From assembly GCA_963841435.1 (NCBI GenBank), contig CAWJCS010000005.1:1248001-1312000 (forward strand): a DNA stretch of 64,000 nt, written 5' to 3'. Shown piece after piece: positions 36,637-51,436 of this stretch (position 1 is the stretch's first letter; every line of letters starts with the position of its first letter). Both the position numbers and the translations under genes were made by a program. The DNA is from an uncultured delta proteobacterium. Its GTDB lineage: Bacteria > Myxococcota_A > Polyangia > Polyangiales > Polyangiaceae. The notes beneath the pieces were generated by a model that was not told the DNA's origin, made no database searches, and worked only from the letters and a program-made list of their open reading frames with translations.

Positions 36637-37668
36637 TCACAGCACGAGCACGATTTTTCCCGTGCTCGTGCCGGAGTGGAGCATGCGATGCGCCTCGCGC
36701 ACCTCGGCGAACGGCACGGGCGTCACGGGCAGCGGCCGGATCTCGCCGCGCTCGAGCCACCCCATGAGCTCGTTCATGGCCTCGCGAAACAATGCCGTCT
36801 CGTGGAACATGTACGAGAGGTTGAAAGCCAGCACACCGCGGTTCACGTCGACCATCTTGAGCGGATTGAAGCGCGGCGTGCGAAGCAGTCCGACGAGCGC
36901 GTGCAGCAGACCGAGCCGGTCCTTGCCCCGCCCGAGCAGCGAATGAAAGCCGTACACGATGAGCCTCCCGCCGGGGCGGACGTGCCGATAACTCTGCCGT
37001 AGGGTCTCGCCGCCGTTGGCATCGAGCACGACGTGAAAGCCCTCGGGCGCGGCGCGCTCCACGGCTGGCCAGAGCGGCTCGCGACTCTGGTCGATGACGA
37101 CGTCGGCGCCGAGCGCCTCGACGACGGGGACCTTGTGCGACGCGCCGACCACGGCGACGACAACGCACGAGGCGCGCTTCGCGAGCGTGACGAGCGCGCC
37201 GCCCACGCCTCCCGCGGCCGAATGAACCAGCACCCGATAGCCCGGTCGGAGACGCGACAGCTCGGAGAGCGCGTACCACGCCGTGAGGAACGCGACGGGA
37301 AAGCCGGCGGCGACGAGCGGGTCGACCCCGGCCGGTAGCGACACCACCTGCGCCTCGGGTATGCAAAGGTGGCTTGCATAACCACCGAAGCGGGTCAGGG
37401 CGATCACCTGGTCACCTTCGCGAAACGTTTCCACCCCCTCGCCGACGCCGGCGACGACGCCCGACACTTCGAAGCCCGGTGTCACCGGCCACCCCACGAA
37501 TTCGCGCGCGGAACGGTATTGTCCCATCCGGACGACGAGGTCCGCGAAGTTTACCCCGGCGCCTCGTACCTTCACACACACTTCCGCCGCCGCGGGCGCG
37601 GGGTCCGGTCCGTCCTCGACGATGAGGCGATCCACTCCGCCGGGACGGGCGACGACGACTCGCTGCAT
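36637..37668 (-). CDS. Medium-chain dehydrogenase/reductase (zeta-crystallin/VAT-1-like NADPH:quinone oxidoreductase)
   Basis: GVNFADL, TPGFEVSG, VLVHSAAGGVG, STGKIVL. Confidence 0.92.
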   Translation of the reverse strand: MQRVVVARPGGVDRLIVEDGPDPAPAAAEVCVKVRGAGVNFADLVVRMGQYRSAREFVGWPVTPGFEVSGVVAGVGEGVETFREGDQVIALTRFGGYASHLCIPEAQVVSLPAGVDPLVAAGFPVAFLTAWYALSELSRLRPGYRVLVHSAAGGVGGALVTLAKRASCVVVAVVGASHKVPVVEALGADVVIDQSREPLWPAVERAAPEGFHVVLDANGGETLRQSYRHVRPGGRLIVYGFHSLLGRGKDRLGLLHALVGLLRTPRFNPLKMVDVNRGVLAFNLSYMFHETALFREAMNELMGWLERGEIRPLPVTPVPFAEVREAHRMLHSGTSTGKIVLVL

Positions 37669-37804
37669 GGCGCCTCCGACTAGCCGCGCCAGGCACAATG
37701 TGCAAATAATGAGTCTGCAGACGTGGTGGCGCGGGCCCACCACGCATGCACGCCCGAGTCCCTCGATCGGGCGTCAGGGAGGGTGGGATCGCCCGAACCA
37801 ACGC

Positions 37805-38803
37805 ATGGCCAAGAACCCAGGCGACAATCTCACGAATGCAGTACGCGAGACGCTCGACAGCGTCGTGTCGCCCAGTGTTAGAAATGAGATCCTCGATCGC
37901 GCGCTCAGGGCAGCCCACCGGCCCAAGCTGCCGAGCGACCGCGAAGAGCTCGGCGACTTCGTGCAGGGTCCGCTCCACGACACGCTCGTGAGCTCGCTCG
38001 GTCAGGAGCTCGGTGCTTCCGTCGCCAGCGAGCTCGAGCGCATTCTCGCCATGGCGGAGCGCACATCGACACGCGAGCCGGTGCCGAACAAGGCCCCGAC
38101 GGTGCGCCCGAAGCGTGCGAGCACGCGCCCGCGCATGCAGGCCGTGCAGAGGAAGGCATCACGCTCCACGCTGCCGTCGCCCGAGGCGCTGCCCCCCGGC
38201 AGCACCGCGGCGCGTGACAGGAACTGGGCCGACAAGGAGCGGCGCGGCATCGCCCCCACACTGCCCGCGACGAAGCGCGTCGTCCCTGGGCAAAAAAGCG
38301 CTCCGCCGATGCACGAGCGCAAGTCCGACACGGAGCCCACCCGGCAACCGCGGCTGCCGGCGTCCACGGACTACCCGCTCGGCACGGCGCGCGCGCTGGG
38401 CGTGATCGGCACCCTCTCGACCGATCCCGTGCGCGGGCACCGACCCACCGTGTTCGTCGCAAGCAGCGACGCCGAGCTCGTGCGCTGCTTCAAGGCTTGG
38501 CTCGATCTGCGCGCCTCGGTGGAACCGGTCGCAGGGGCGGCGCCGTTGCTCGCAGCGCTCGCCGCCTCGGGCGACCGCACCGTGGTGGTGCTCGACGGCA
38601 AGAACCCGGCGATACGCCCGCTGACGCTCGCCGCCCTCGCCGAGGAGCTGCCGGAAACGACGAGCGTGCTCCTGTGGGGGGTGGCCCAGCACGTCGTCGT
38701 GCGCATGTGCGCCATCTCGAGCATCGTCGAGCGCTGGCTCGTCTACGCCGGGCACACGACGGCCGACGAAATGGTCGCGCACTGCGTGAAGATGCTCGAC
38801 TGA
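37805..38803 (+). CDS. Hypothetical protein with disordered middle and C-terminal degenerate receiver-like domain
   Basis: Helical N-terminus, Pro/Arg-rich linker, then TVFVASSD...TVVVLDG...VLLWG alternating beta/alpha pattern. Confidence 0.6.
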   Translation: MAKNPGDNLTNAVRETLDSVVSPSVRNEILDRALRAAHRPKLPSDREELGDFVQGPLHDTLVSSLGQELGASVASELERILAMAERTSTREPVPNKAPTVRPKRASTRPRMQAVQRKASRSTLPSPEALPPGSTAARDRNWADKERRGIAPTLPATKRVVPGQKSAPPMHERKSDTEPTRQPRLPASTDYPLGTARALGVIGTLSTDPVRGHRPTVFVASSDAELVRCFKAWLDLRASVEPVAGAAPLLAALAASGDRTVVVLDGKNPAIRPLTLAALAEELPETTSVLLWGVAQHVVVRMCAISSIVERWLVYAGHTTADEMVAHCVKMLD

Positions 38804-38851
38804 GCGCGCCGGCTCGGGCGCCGCTCGCCGCGGCCCTCCCGCGTCGCCGGC

Positions 38852-39489
38852 TCATTCGCGCGGCGCGAACGGAAGACCGAACGGCGTGGGGGGCAAGTCC
38901 GGCAAGGGCAGCTCGCGCCGCTCGGCCGTGAAGGTCAGCGCCACGAGCAAGCCGAGGCCGAGAAGGGGGCTGCGGGTGCCGCGGACATCGACCGAGCCGG
39001 TAAGCTCGAGGCCGAGCAACGTCCGGTCGCGCGCCTGGGTCAGGTAGCCCCCGTCGCCCGAAATCACGTCCGGCGGCAGCGACGCCGAGCGCGCCTCTCG
39101 AAACGACTCCGACAGCGTCACGCCGAGGCCGAGCGCGCCGTGCAACCCGAGGTTGCCGAGCACCTTTTCATGCACGCGCTCGATCCCGACGGCCGGCGCG
39201 AGGCTCATGCTCGCGAGAACCGGACCGAGCCAGGGCAGATAGCTCGGCCCCGCGCCGAGCGAGAGGGCCTGGCTGCGCTCGGTCACGAGCGCGCGCGCCT
39301 CGTATTCGAAGGCCGTGATGCTCGCAAAGTCGCTCGTGCCGATGCCGCGGCGCACGACGAGCTCGTCGCCGTACGAGGCGCCCTCGTCGTCCGGGAATGC
39401 TGCCACCGGACCGACGCCGACGCGCGTCACGTTGGTGCACGCACCGGCGAGCAGCGCGAGCCCCACGACGAGGCGCGCGGGCCGAGCGC

Positions 39490-39493
<4 letters not shown>
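38852..39493 (-). CDS. Hypothetical lipoprotein with beta-strand-rich body
   Basis: GTG overlaps the radical SAM stop; lipobox LAGAC; alternating hydrophobic strands. Confidence 0.6.
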
Positions 39494-42288
<2,795 letters not shown>

Positions 42289-42466
42289 CTCAGGGCGCGA
42301 CAGCTACCACGCGCCCGCCTACCGCGCGAATGACCTGCTCCCCCGGCGAAAGGGCGGCACCTTCACGCCCGGCATGCTCGCTTCGCTGCGCGTGCCGGGT
42401 GCCCTCCGATCCGTGCTCGCGCGGCCCCACCCCACGGCCACCCACGTCGAGCCGCGCTGCGCGCGG

Positions 42467-43616
42467 ATGAGGGTCCCCTCACGCCGCGCGGGTGGTACTC
42501 ATCCGCACGTGGCTCTTTCCGGCCGCTGCTGCGCACCCGAACCTCGACGACGCGCCCGCGGGACGACGAAGCCGCGCCGACGCGCCCTTTTGCTGCTCCT
42601 TTTCCCCTGCGCGGCGCTCGGCGGATGCCGAGAGCGCGACGAAAGCCTCGCTCGCGGCGCCGGAGGCGCCGCCGTGAGGCCGTCGAGCGGGCCGCCGGCC
42701 CCCGCGTTGCCGAGCGCGTCGTTACCGAGCGGGACGGCGCAAGCGAGCGAAAGCAGCGTCGCGACGCGCGTCATCGATTCTCTTTCCCGAGGGCGTCCCC
42801 GGCCTGCTCGGCGATGCTCCCGACGAGCACGTCGAGGATGGCCGCATCTACGCGGTGAGCCGCCCGACCCTCTCGATGTTCCCGGCCGCGAGCGGGCAGC
42901 CGCCGTACCCGGCGGTGATCGTCTGCCCGGGCGGCGGCTACGTGCGGCTCGCCGTGACCCGCGAGGGCAGCGACCTCACTCGCTACCTCGGCTCGCTCGG
43001 GGTCAGCGCGTTCGTGCTCAAGTACCGCGTGAAGCCCTACCACTATCCCGCGGCGCTCCGCGACGTGCTGCGCGCCGTGCGCTACCTGCGCTCGCACGCG
43101 ACCGAGCTCGCGATCGATCCGGCGCGCATCGGGGTGCTCGGTTCCTCGGCGGGCGGGCACGTCGCCGCCTCGGCCGCGACGCTGTTCGATTCGCCCGACG
43201 GCAAGACGGGCGCCGCGCTCGACGCCGTGAGCGCGAGACCCGACTTCGTGGCGCTGCTCTACCCCGTGATCACGATGCACGATCCCGATGCCCACAAGGG
43301 CTCGCGCTCCGCCCTGCTCGGACCGAAACCCGACCCCACGCTCGTCGAGCAGACGTCACTCGAAGAGCACGTCACGGCGGCAACACCACCGGCGTTCATC
43401 GTGCACACGGCCGAGGATCGCTCCGTGCCGGTCGAGAACGCGCTGCTCTTCTATCGGGCCCTCCGCGCCGCGGGCGTGCCGGCGGAGCTGCACCTGTACG
43501 AAAAGGGTCCGCACGGCTTCGGCATGCGTCGGGATCTCGGGCCCGTTTCGGAGTGGCCTGACCGCTTTGCGTCGTGGCTTCGCTTCCATGGCGTGCTCCG
43601 CGCCCCGCTGCGCTGA
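42467..43616 (+). CDS. Alpha/beta hydrolase (acetylxylan/BD-FAE-like esterase) lipoprotein, split by a +1 frameshift at about 42778 (start uncertain)
   Basis: Lipobox ALGGC and ...RVID lie in one frame; [45 protein letters not shown] lie in the next frame. Confidence 0.85.
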
Positions 43617-43625
43617 GCCCCGGCC

Positions 43626-43858
43626 TCTCGTTCGCGCGGGATCTGCGGCGAAATCTCGACGGCGCCGACAACGTCTATCGCAGCATCAATCGCACGATCG
43701 ACGCATTCATCGCCGAGCATCACCTGGGTTCCGGCCGATTCTCGGGTGTCGGTCGCGACGCGGCCCACGTCGTCAACGTGATCGCGGAGCGGATCGCGAG
43801 CGATGTCGAAGCACCCACGCTGCCAGGAGCTCTGCTGCGCGAAAGGCGCGCACCCTGA
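43626..43858 (+). pseudogene. Internally deleted 3' remnant of a flavin-dependent oxidoreductase (MSMEG_0569-like family)
   Basis: [32 protein letters not shown] is joined directly to [16 protein letters not shown]; no start and no FAD-binding N-terminus. Confidence 0.6.
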
Positions 43859-43875
43859 CACGCGTCCTTCTGCGA

Positions 43876-45045
43876 CTAGCGCAACATGAGCCGGAGCGCC
43901 GCGCCAGGGCGTACCCGGTACGGGCGCAGGACCGCCTCGTTGCCGGTCGGTGCCGCGAGCTCGTAGCTCAGAGCCACGGGAAGGATGTCGGCGAACGCTT
44001 CGAGTCCCAGGCTGAACCGCGCGCCCAGGGGCACGCCGACGATCAGCGCGGGCGTGATGGCGGGAACCGTGACGGTGCGCGCGTCCGTGAGCGCGACGTT
44101 CGCGGAGGCGGTGCCGCCCTTGGGCGAGAAGCGAACCACGTCGATGCCGGCGCCGAAGCGTGCGCCGACGATGAAGGGCACGCTCGTGACCGCGCGTGAA
44201 AGCTCGAACGCGGCGCGAAAGCCGGTCGTCTCCCACGCCACACCAACATCGCTCTGGTGGTAGCGCTCGGGCACCTCGTAGTCTGCGCTCAGCCACACGG
44301 CGGCGAACGCACGCGGACCGCCCGTGACCCAGGCGACGGCGAAGCCCGGCCCGTGAACCCAGGGCACCTCTCGAGAAAACAGCTTCACCGAGTAGTAGGG
44401 CGCGGCGCCGAGCGACGAGGACGCTTCGCCGCTCGGCTCCGGCTCCGGCTCCGGTGGGGCCGGCTCTGGCTCCGGCTCGACGCTCGGGTGCGGTGGCTCG
44501 GCGGGCTCCCCCAACAGGCGCTCGGTCTCACTGCGAGTGAGCCCCCCCTCGGCGTCGGCGATGAGCGCGGTGACCGAGAGCGAAAGGACCTGCGCCACCG
44601 CCTCGCGCCCGGCCGCATCGAGACCATGGGGAAGCGGCACCTCGCGCACGAGGAAGCGCTCGGCGGTCCGATTGGCAAAGTAGAGGTTGGCGCGACCGGG
44701 GCGGATCCCGACGAAGCAGCGCACCGCGACGTCGGAGACGGCAGGGCGCCGCTCGAGCAGCTCCTCGCGCTTGAGCTTGTCGCGGCGCATCCAGCGCGCC
44801 GTGGCGCTGCCGAAATCCTGCGGGCCGACCACGCTCTTCAGGAGCTCGAGGTCGTCCTCGGTGCCGACCACCACGACTTCCACGACGTCCGTCGAGGCGG
44901 GCGCCACGTCGGCGGGGTCGGCGTCCGCGCGGGCGACTCCCGGAGTCAAGATCGATAGCCCGACGACGAGCGCGCCAATGATTCGCCACCGCTCCTCGGA
45001 GCTTCGGGCGGCCACCCTCGGCTGGTCGTCTTGGGTGGCTCCCAC
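43876..45045 (-). CDS. Secreted protein with N-terminal domain, Pro/Glu linker and C-terminal predicted small beta-barrel (module 2)
   Basis: Signal peptide (ARA|D), helix EAVAQVLSLSVTAL, PEPEP linker, amphipathic strands ending PGAALRLMLR. Confidence 0.7.
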   Translation of the reverse strand: MGATQDDQPRVAARSSEERWRIIGALVVGLSILTPGVARADADPADVAPASTDVVEVVVVGTEDDLELLKSVVGPQDFGSATARWMRRDKLKREELLERRPAVSDVAVRCFVGIRPGRANLYFANRTAERFLVREVPLPHGLDAAGREAVAQVLSLSVTALIADAEGGLTRSETERLLGEPAEPPHPSVEPEPEPAPPEPEPEPSGEASSSLGAAPYYSVKLFSREVPWVHGPGFAVAWVTGGPRAFAAVWLSADYEVPERYHQSDVGVAWETTGFRAAFELSRAVTSVPFIVGARFGAGIDVVRFSPKGGTASANVALTDARTVTVPAITPALIVGVPLGARFSLGLEAFADILPVALSYELAAPTGNEAVLRPYRVRPGAALRLMLR

Positions 45046-45111
45046 TCGCGCCGATGGTGATCCGATCCTTCGGGGCCGACAAGCCTCGTCGGAAGGGAGC
45101 CGGTCCGGCGC

Positions 45112-46002
45112 CTACTCGGTCTTCGACGGCTCGCCGCCGAGCGCGCGCAGTCGGCGCTCGGCAAAGCCCACATAGGGGCTGGCCGGATAGTCGCGCACCA
45201 GCGCCGAAAGCACTTCGCGCTCGGACGGGTCGCCGAGGGCGCCGAGGGCGCGCGCCTTGCCGTAGAGCGCCTCGGGTGCCAGCCCGCCACCGTGAGCCAG
45301 ATGCCGATCGAACTCCGCGAGGGCAGCACGTGCCTGCCCGCGAGTGAGCAGCAGACCGCCGAGACGCACCTCGGCGATGCGCGCTTCCGCCGAGCTCGGG
45401 AAGCGTTGCTCGAGCGTGCGGAACACCGCGATCGCTTGCGTGGCATTGCCGTCGCGACGCGCGCGGCTGCCGCGCTCGAGGAGCTCGGCAGCGGTCTCGT
45501 CGTGGTCGACGCGCGCGACGGCTTGCACCGGCTTTTCGACGGGCGCCGCCGCGGGAGCTTCCTCGCTCTTCGCAACCACGGCGCGGACCGGCGCTGGCTT
45601 CGATGCCGGGTGCGCCTGCGGCGCGGGTGTGGTGTTGCTCGGCGCTGGAGGTCGAGGCGCTTCGAACACACCGAGCGCTGCGCTCGCTCCGAATGCAACG
45701 AGCAGACCGCACGCAGCCACCAAGCCGAGCGACCAGCGGGACCGCGACCTCGAGCGCAAGCGCTCGGGTGCGGCCTGCGCGCCGAGCGCCCAATTCCGAG
45801 CCACTTCCGAGAGACCCGCGATGCGCTGACCGTCGGCGGGGTCGAGGACCGCCGCCTGCTCGAAATCGGCGCCCAGACGCTGGGTAAGCCGGCACGAAGC
45901 GCACATTTGCAAATGGGCGGAGAGCGCCGACTGCTCGGCAGTGGAAAGGTCTCCGCGACGCTCACGCACGACGAGCTCGCTCCGGCACTCGAGCTCGGTC
46001 AC
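45112..46002 (-). CDS. Putative zinc-binding (ZAS) anti-sigma factor with TM helix and periplasmic TPR domain (module 2)
   Basis: HLQMCASC (HxxxCxxC), TM WSLGLVAACGLLVAFGASAALG, Pro/Ala linker, TPR ..QRFPSSAEA..APEALYGKARAL..YPASPY; GTGA overlap with the sigma gene. Confidence 0.85.
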   Translation of the reverse strand: MTELECRSELVVRERRGDLSTAEQSALSAHLQMCASCRLTQRLGADFEQAAVLDPADGQRIAGLSEVARNWALGAQAAPERLRSRSRSRWSLGLVAACGLLVAFGASAALGVFEAPRPPAPSNTTPAPQAHPASKPAPVRAVVAKSEEAPAAAPVEKPVQAVARVDHDETAAELLERGSRARRDGNATQAIAVFRTLEQRFPSSAEARIAEVRLGGLLLTRGQARAALAEFDRHLAHGGGLAPEALYGKARALGALGDPSEREVLSALVRDYPASPYVGFAERRLRALGGEPSKTE

Positions 46003-46640
46003 TTCACCCCCTTGAAGAGCTCGGCGAGGCTCGGATCGTTCCGCATGGCCTTGCGCAGGGCCTTTTTGCCCAGACGGAGCCGGCTCCAGATGGTGTTCTG
46101 GGGGGAGGAGGCCACGCTTGCGATCTCTTCCACGGTGTATCCAAGGATAAAGTGCATCGCGAGGGCCTGGGCAATCACGTCTGGCAAAGAATCCAGGACG
46201 CGACCTAGTGATTCCCGGCGGCGGGCCGAAACGATCTCGGCATAGGGGCTCGGTTGATCACTTTCCGTCGCTACGCTTTCCGGGCTCTCGGGCTCGACGA
46301 GCCTGAGACGCGCCACCATGCGGCGCCGGGCCGTGAGCGCGGCGAAGAGCGCCACGCGCTGGGCGTAACGCCGGGTCGTACACTCTCCGCGGAATTCCGG
46401 AAGGGCCGCCAGAAATGCCAAGGTCGCCTCTTGCGCAACGTCATCGACGTCCGAATGGGCTCTGCCGAGGACCTGCCGCACGGTCGCGAGAATGGTGCCG
46501 CCGACCTGGGCGACGAGCGTGTGCGCGGCATGGGGATCGGCGTCCGCGGCGGCGCGCGCGAGCAGTCGAAGATCGTCCGGCCGGTCCGCACCCGGCGCGC
46601 CTCCGAGGTCACCGAGAGCACCTGTCAGCGACTTCGCCAC
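45999..46640 (-). CDS. ECF-type RNA polymerase sigma-70 factor (module 2)
   Basis: DVDDVAQEA..LPEFRGEC; region 4 LGYTVEEIA..PQNTIWSRLRLGK. Confidence 0.92.
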   Translation of the reverse strand: MAKSLTGALGDLGGAPGADRPDDLRLLARAAADADPHAAHTLVAQVGGTILATVRQVLGRAHSDVDDVAQEATLAFLAALPEFRGECTTRRYAQRVALFAALTARRRMVARLRLVEPESPESVATESDQPSPYAEIVSARRRESLGRVLDSLPDVIAQALAMHFILGYTVEEIASVASSPQNTIWSRLRLGKKALRKAMRNDPSLAELFKGVK

Positions 46641-46731
46641 GGATCTTTACCATGAACAACGTCTCGCGAGCGGTCAACCGGAATGCCCGCCCGGGCCGGT
46701 TCTTCCGTGATCGCGTAAGCTCCCGGGGAAA

Positions 46732-47667
46732 GTGAGACGCAGGCGTCGCACCCTCGGTCCGCTCCCGCTCGGCGCGCTCGTCGCCGTCGGTGCGATGCTC
46801 GGCTGCGAGCGAGTCGAGGTGCTCGGCGTCGTCGGCGAGGCCAACGAGACCGGCGGCGCGGCGGGCGAGCCAGGTCTCGTCGTCGACGAGCCGCGCCTGG
46901 TCTCTTCGCTCTCCGATCCGGACGCGCGCGATACGGATCCGAGCTTTACCGAAGATCTGCGCGAGCTTTATTTCATGTCCGATCGCACGGGCCACAAGGA
47001 AATCTGGCGCTCGCTTCGACCGGCCGCGTCCGACCCGTGGGGCACGCCCGAGCTCGTACCCGAGCTCAACGGCACTAGCGGTGGCGAGAACCCGTTCGTC
47101 TCCAACGACGGCCTGTCGATCTGGTTCTTCACCGATCGCGATCGCTCGCTCGGTAGCATCTGGCACTCGACGCGCGCAGCGCGCAGCGCTCCCTGGGAGC
47201 CGCCCGAGCCGCGCTCCGAGCTCGCGCTCACGACGGGCTCGAGCGACGTCTGCGTGGCCGTCAACTCCGCCGAGACGCTGTTCGTGCTGAACGCGAAGCC
47301 CCCCGGCGCGCCGCCCTACGGCATGTACCGAATGGAGCGCACGATGCCGGACGAGCCGTTGAGCGCGCCCGAGCTCATCGACGAAATCGTGAGCGCGAGC
47401 AACGACTTCGACCCCGACATGCGGCGCGACGGGCTGTTCCTCGCCTTCGAGTCGCAGCGCGAGACGGAAAATACCCAAATCTTCTGGACGTTGCGCGCCG
47501 ATCGCAGCGAGCCTTTCCGAACCCCCGTGCGCGTTCCCGCGTTGATTTCGATCGAGGAGGACAACGCCTGCGCGTTCTCGGAGGACCTGCGCTACGTGAT
47601 GTTCTCGTCGTTCAGGACCGGCAACTCGGAGATCTTCGAGGCCATCCTGTCGACCCCACTCGAATGA
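46732..47667 (+). CDS. Lipoprotein with TolB/PD40-type beta-propeller repeats
   Basis: Lipobox MLGC; repeats [77 protein letters not shown]. Confidence 0.82.
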   Translation: MRRRRRTLGPLPLGALVAVGAMLGCERVEVLGVVGEANETGGAAGEPGLVVDEPRLVSSLSDPDARDTDPSFTEDLRELYFMSDRTGHKEIWRSLRPAASDPWGTPELVPELNGTSGGENPFVSNDGLSIWFFTDRDRSLGSIWHSTRAARSAPWEPPEPRSELALTTGSSDVCVAVNSAETLFVLNAKPPGAPPYGMYRMERTMPDEPLSAPELIDEIVSASNDFDPDMRRDGLFLAFESQRETENTQIFWTLRADRSEPFRTPVRVPALISIEEDNACAFSEDLRYVMFSSFRTGNSEIFEAILSTPLE

Positions 47668-47683
47668 ACGACCGGGACACGCG

Positions 47684-49732
<2,049 letters not shown>

Positions 49733-49801
49733 GCGGTTGCCGCGGTGTCCGCTTCGTCGTCGGGCCGTCGTAGGCCGGGCAAGCCGCACGAGGTAGCGAA
49801 G

Positions 49802-50839
49802 ATGTTCGGTCGGCGCGCTGACTCGTGGCTGTGCCTGCTCGGCCTCGCCACCGTCGCCCTCGCGGGGCGCGCGGCCGCAGAACCGCTCGAGCGCGGCGAG
49901 TTTCGGCTGGTCTGGTCGGCGCCGAGCGCTTGCCCGAGCGCGGCCGAGACGCTCGCCCGCATCGAGTCCCTGCTGGGCGGTCCGACGCGGAAGCTCGTCA
50001 AGCGGCCGCTCGCGGCGCGCGGTCTCGTGACGGAGCTGCCGTCGGGTGACTTCGAGCTGACGCTCGAAACGTTCCAGGGCACCGAACGCTACACGCGCAG
50101 CATGCGGGCGCGCTCGTGCGTCGAGCTCACGGACGCCGGTGCTCTCGTCTTGGCGCTTTCGATCGATCCGGGCCTCGGCGAGCGTCGTCGGCTCACGACG
50201 CCGCTCGCCGACGAAACCCCGCCGGCGACGAAACCTGCCGAAGCGAGCGAGCCCCCCGCGCCGCCCGAGCAACCTGCAGCGACGAGCCGAGCACCCATGC
50301 CTCGGCCGACCGCGCGCGCGCCGAGCCCCACGCCGGCGCGCTTCTCCCTCACGGCGGCCGGCGTCGTCAACTTCGGAAGCGTCGCAACGTCGGCGTTCGG
50401 GCCCGAGCTCTCGCTGGGGCTCGAGCTTGGCCGCATCGAGATTGGCCTCGACGCGATCTTCCTGCCGCCCCGGCGATCCTACGTTTCGCCCGGCAAAGGG
50501 GGCGACATCGAGCTTGCCGCGGGCGCGGCGCGCGGCTGCTACCGGCTCGTCAACGGGCGGCTTTCGCTGCTCGGCTGCGGTGGCTTCGAGCTCGGTGAGA
50601 TCGACGGCGAGGGCGTCGGGACGCTGACCCGCACGCGGCGCCGGGGGCTCTGGCTCGCGCCCGAAGCCCTCGTCGCCGGCAGGCTGCGGCTCTTTTCGTG
50701 GCCGTTCGTCAGCGCGGGAGCCGCGGGGCTGGCTCCGATACAACCGGTGGATTTTACACTGGAAAATGTCGGTGCCGTGCATCGCTCGAGCGCCTTCGTC
50801 GTGCGTTTCTCGCTGGGTCTCGGGGGTCACTTCGACTGA
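49802..50839 (+). CDS. Secreted protein: Cys-bridged N-terminal domain, Pro-rich linker, C-terminal predicted small beta-barrel (module 3)
   Basis: Signal peptide; WSAPSACPS..RSMRARSCVELTDAGALVLALSIDP; strands with ARGCY/LLGCGG, ending GLGGHFD. Confidence 0.72.
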   Translation: MFGRRADSWLCLLGLATVALAGRAAAEPLERGEFRLVWSAPSACPSAAETLARIESLLGGPTRKLVKRPLAARGLVTELPSGDFELTLETFQGTERYTRSMRARSCVELTDAGALVLALSIDPGLGERRRLTTPLADETPPATKPAEASEPPAPPEQPAATSRAPMPRPTARAPSPTPARFSLTAAGVVNFGSVATSAFGPELSLGLELGRIEIGLDAIFLPPRRSYVSPGKGGDIELAAGAARGCYRLVNGRLSLLGCGGFELGEIDGEGVGTLTRTRRRGLWLAPEALVAGRLRLFSWPFVSAGAAGLAPIQPVDFTLENVGAVHRSSAFVVRFSLGLGGHFD

Positions 50840-50872
50840 CGGATCCGGCTTTTTGGACACACTTACCCGGCG

Positions 50873-51436
50873 ATGGCGCTCGCACTTTCGGTCGGAGACG
50901 CTGAGGCCGACCCAACGGCCAGCGTCGCGGAGTGGAGCGCCGCCTACGACGAGCACTTCGATTTCGTCTGGAAGAGCCTCCGGCGGCTCGGCGTGCCGTC
51001 GAGCGCGCTCGACGACGCCGCGCAGGACGTCTTCGTCGTCGCCTTCCGCCGCAAGGGCGATTTCGAAGGGCGCTCCGCGCTGAAGACGTGGCTGTTCGGC
51101 ATCGCGTGGAACGTCGCGCGTAACCTCGCGCGCGCGCGGCGTCGCGACGAGGAACCCCTCTCCGAGGTCGTCGTCGACGCGAAAAACGTCAGCCAGGAGG
51201 AAGCGGCCGCACGCGCGGAGGCCGTGAAGACGCTCTACGAGGTGCTCGATGGGCTGGAGCCGGAGAAGCGCGCGGTGTTCGTGATGGCGGAGCTCGAAGA
51301 AATGACGGCACCGGAGATCGCGGGCGTGACCGGCACGCCGCTCAACACCGTGTACTCGCGGTTGCGCAGCGCGCGCGCGGACTTCGAAGCGGGGCTCAGG
51401 CGCGTGCATGCAAAGGACTCATGGAGACAGCGATGA
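50873..51436 (+). CDS. ECF-type RNA polymerase sigma-70 factor (module 3)
   Basis: HFDFVWKSLRRLGV..LDDAAQDVF..FEGRSALKTWLFGIA; VFVMAELEEMTAPEIA..PLNTVYSRLRSAR. Confidence 0.96.
   Translation: MALALSVGDAEADPTASVAEWSAAYDEHFDFVWKSLRRLGVPSSALDDAAQDVFVVAFRRKGDFEGRSALKTWLFGIAWNVARNLARARRRDEEPLSEVVVDAKNVSQEEAAARAEAVKTLYEVLDGLEPEKRAVFVMAELEEMTAPEIAGVTGTPLNTVYSRLRSARADFEAGLRRVHAKDSWRQR

Noticed and set aside
46641-46731. Shared ECF promoter motif upstream of the three sigma modules
   Set aside because: No convincing common -35/-10 pair could be identified by eye; this needs motif discovery across homologs.
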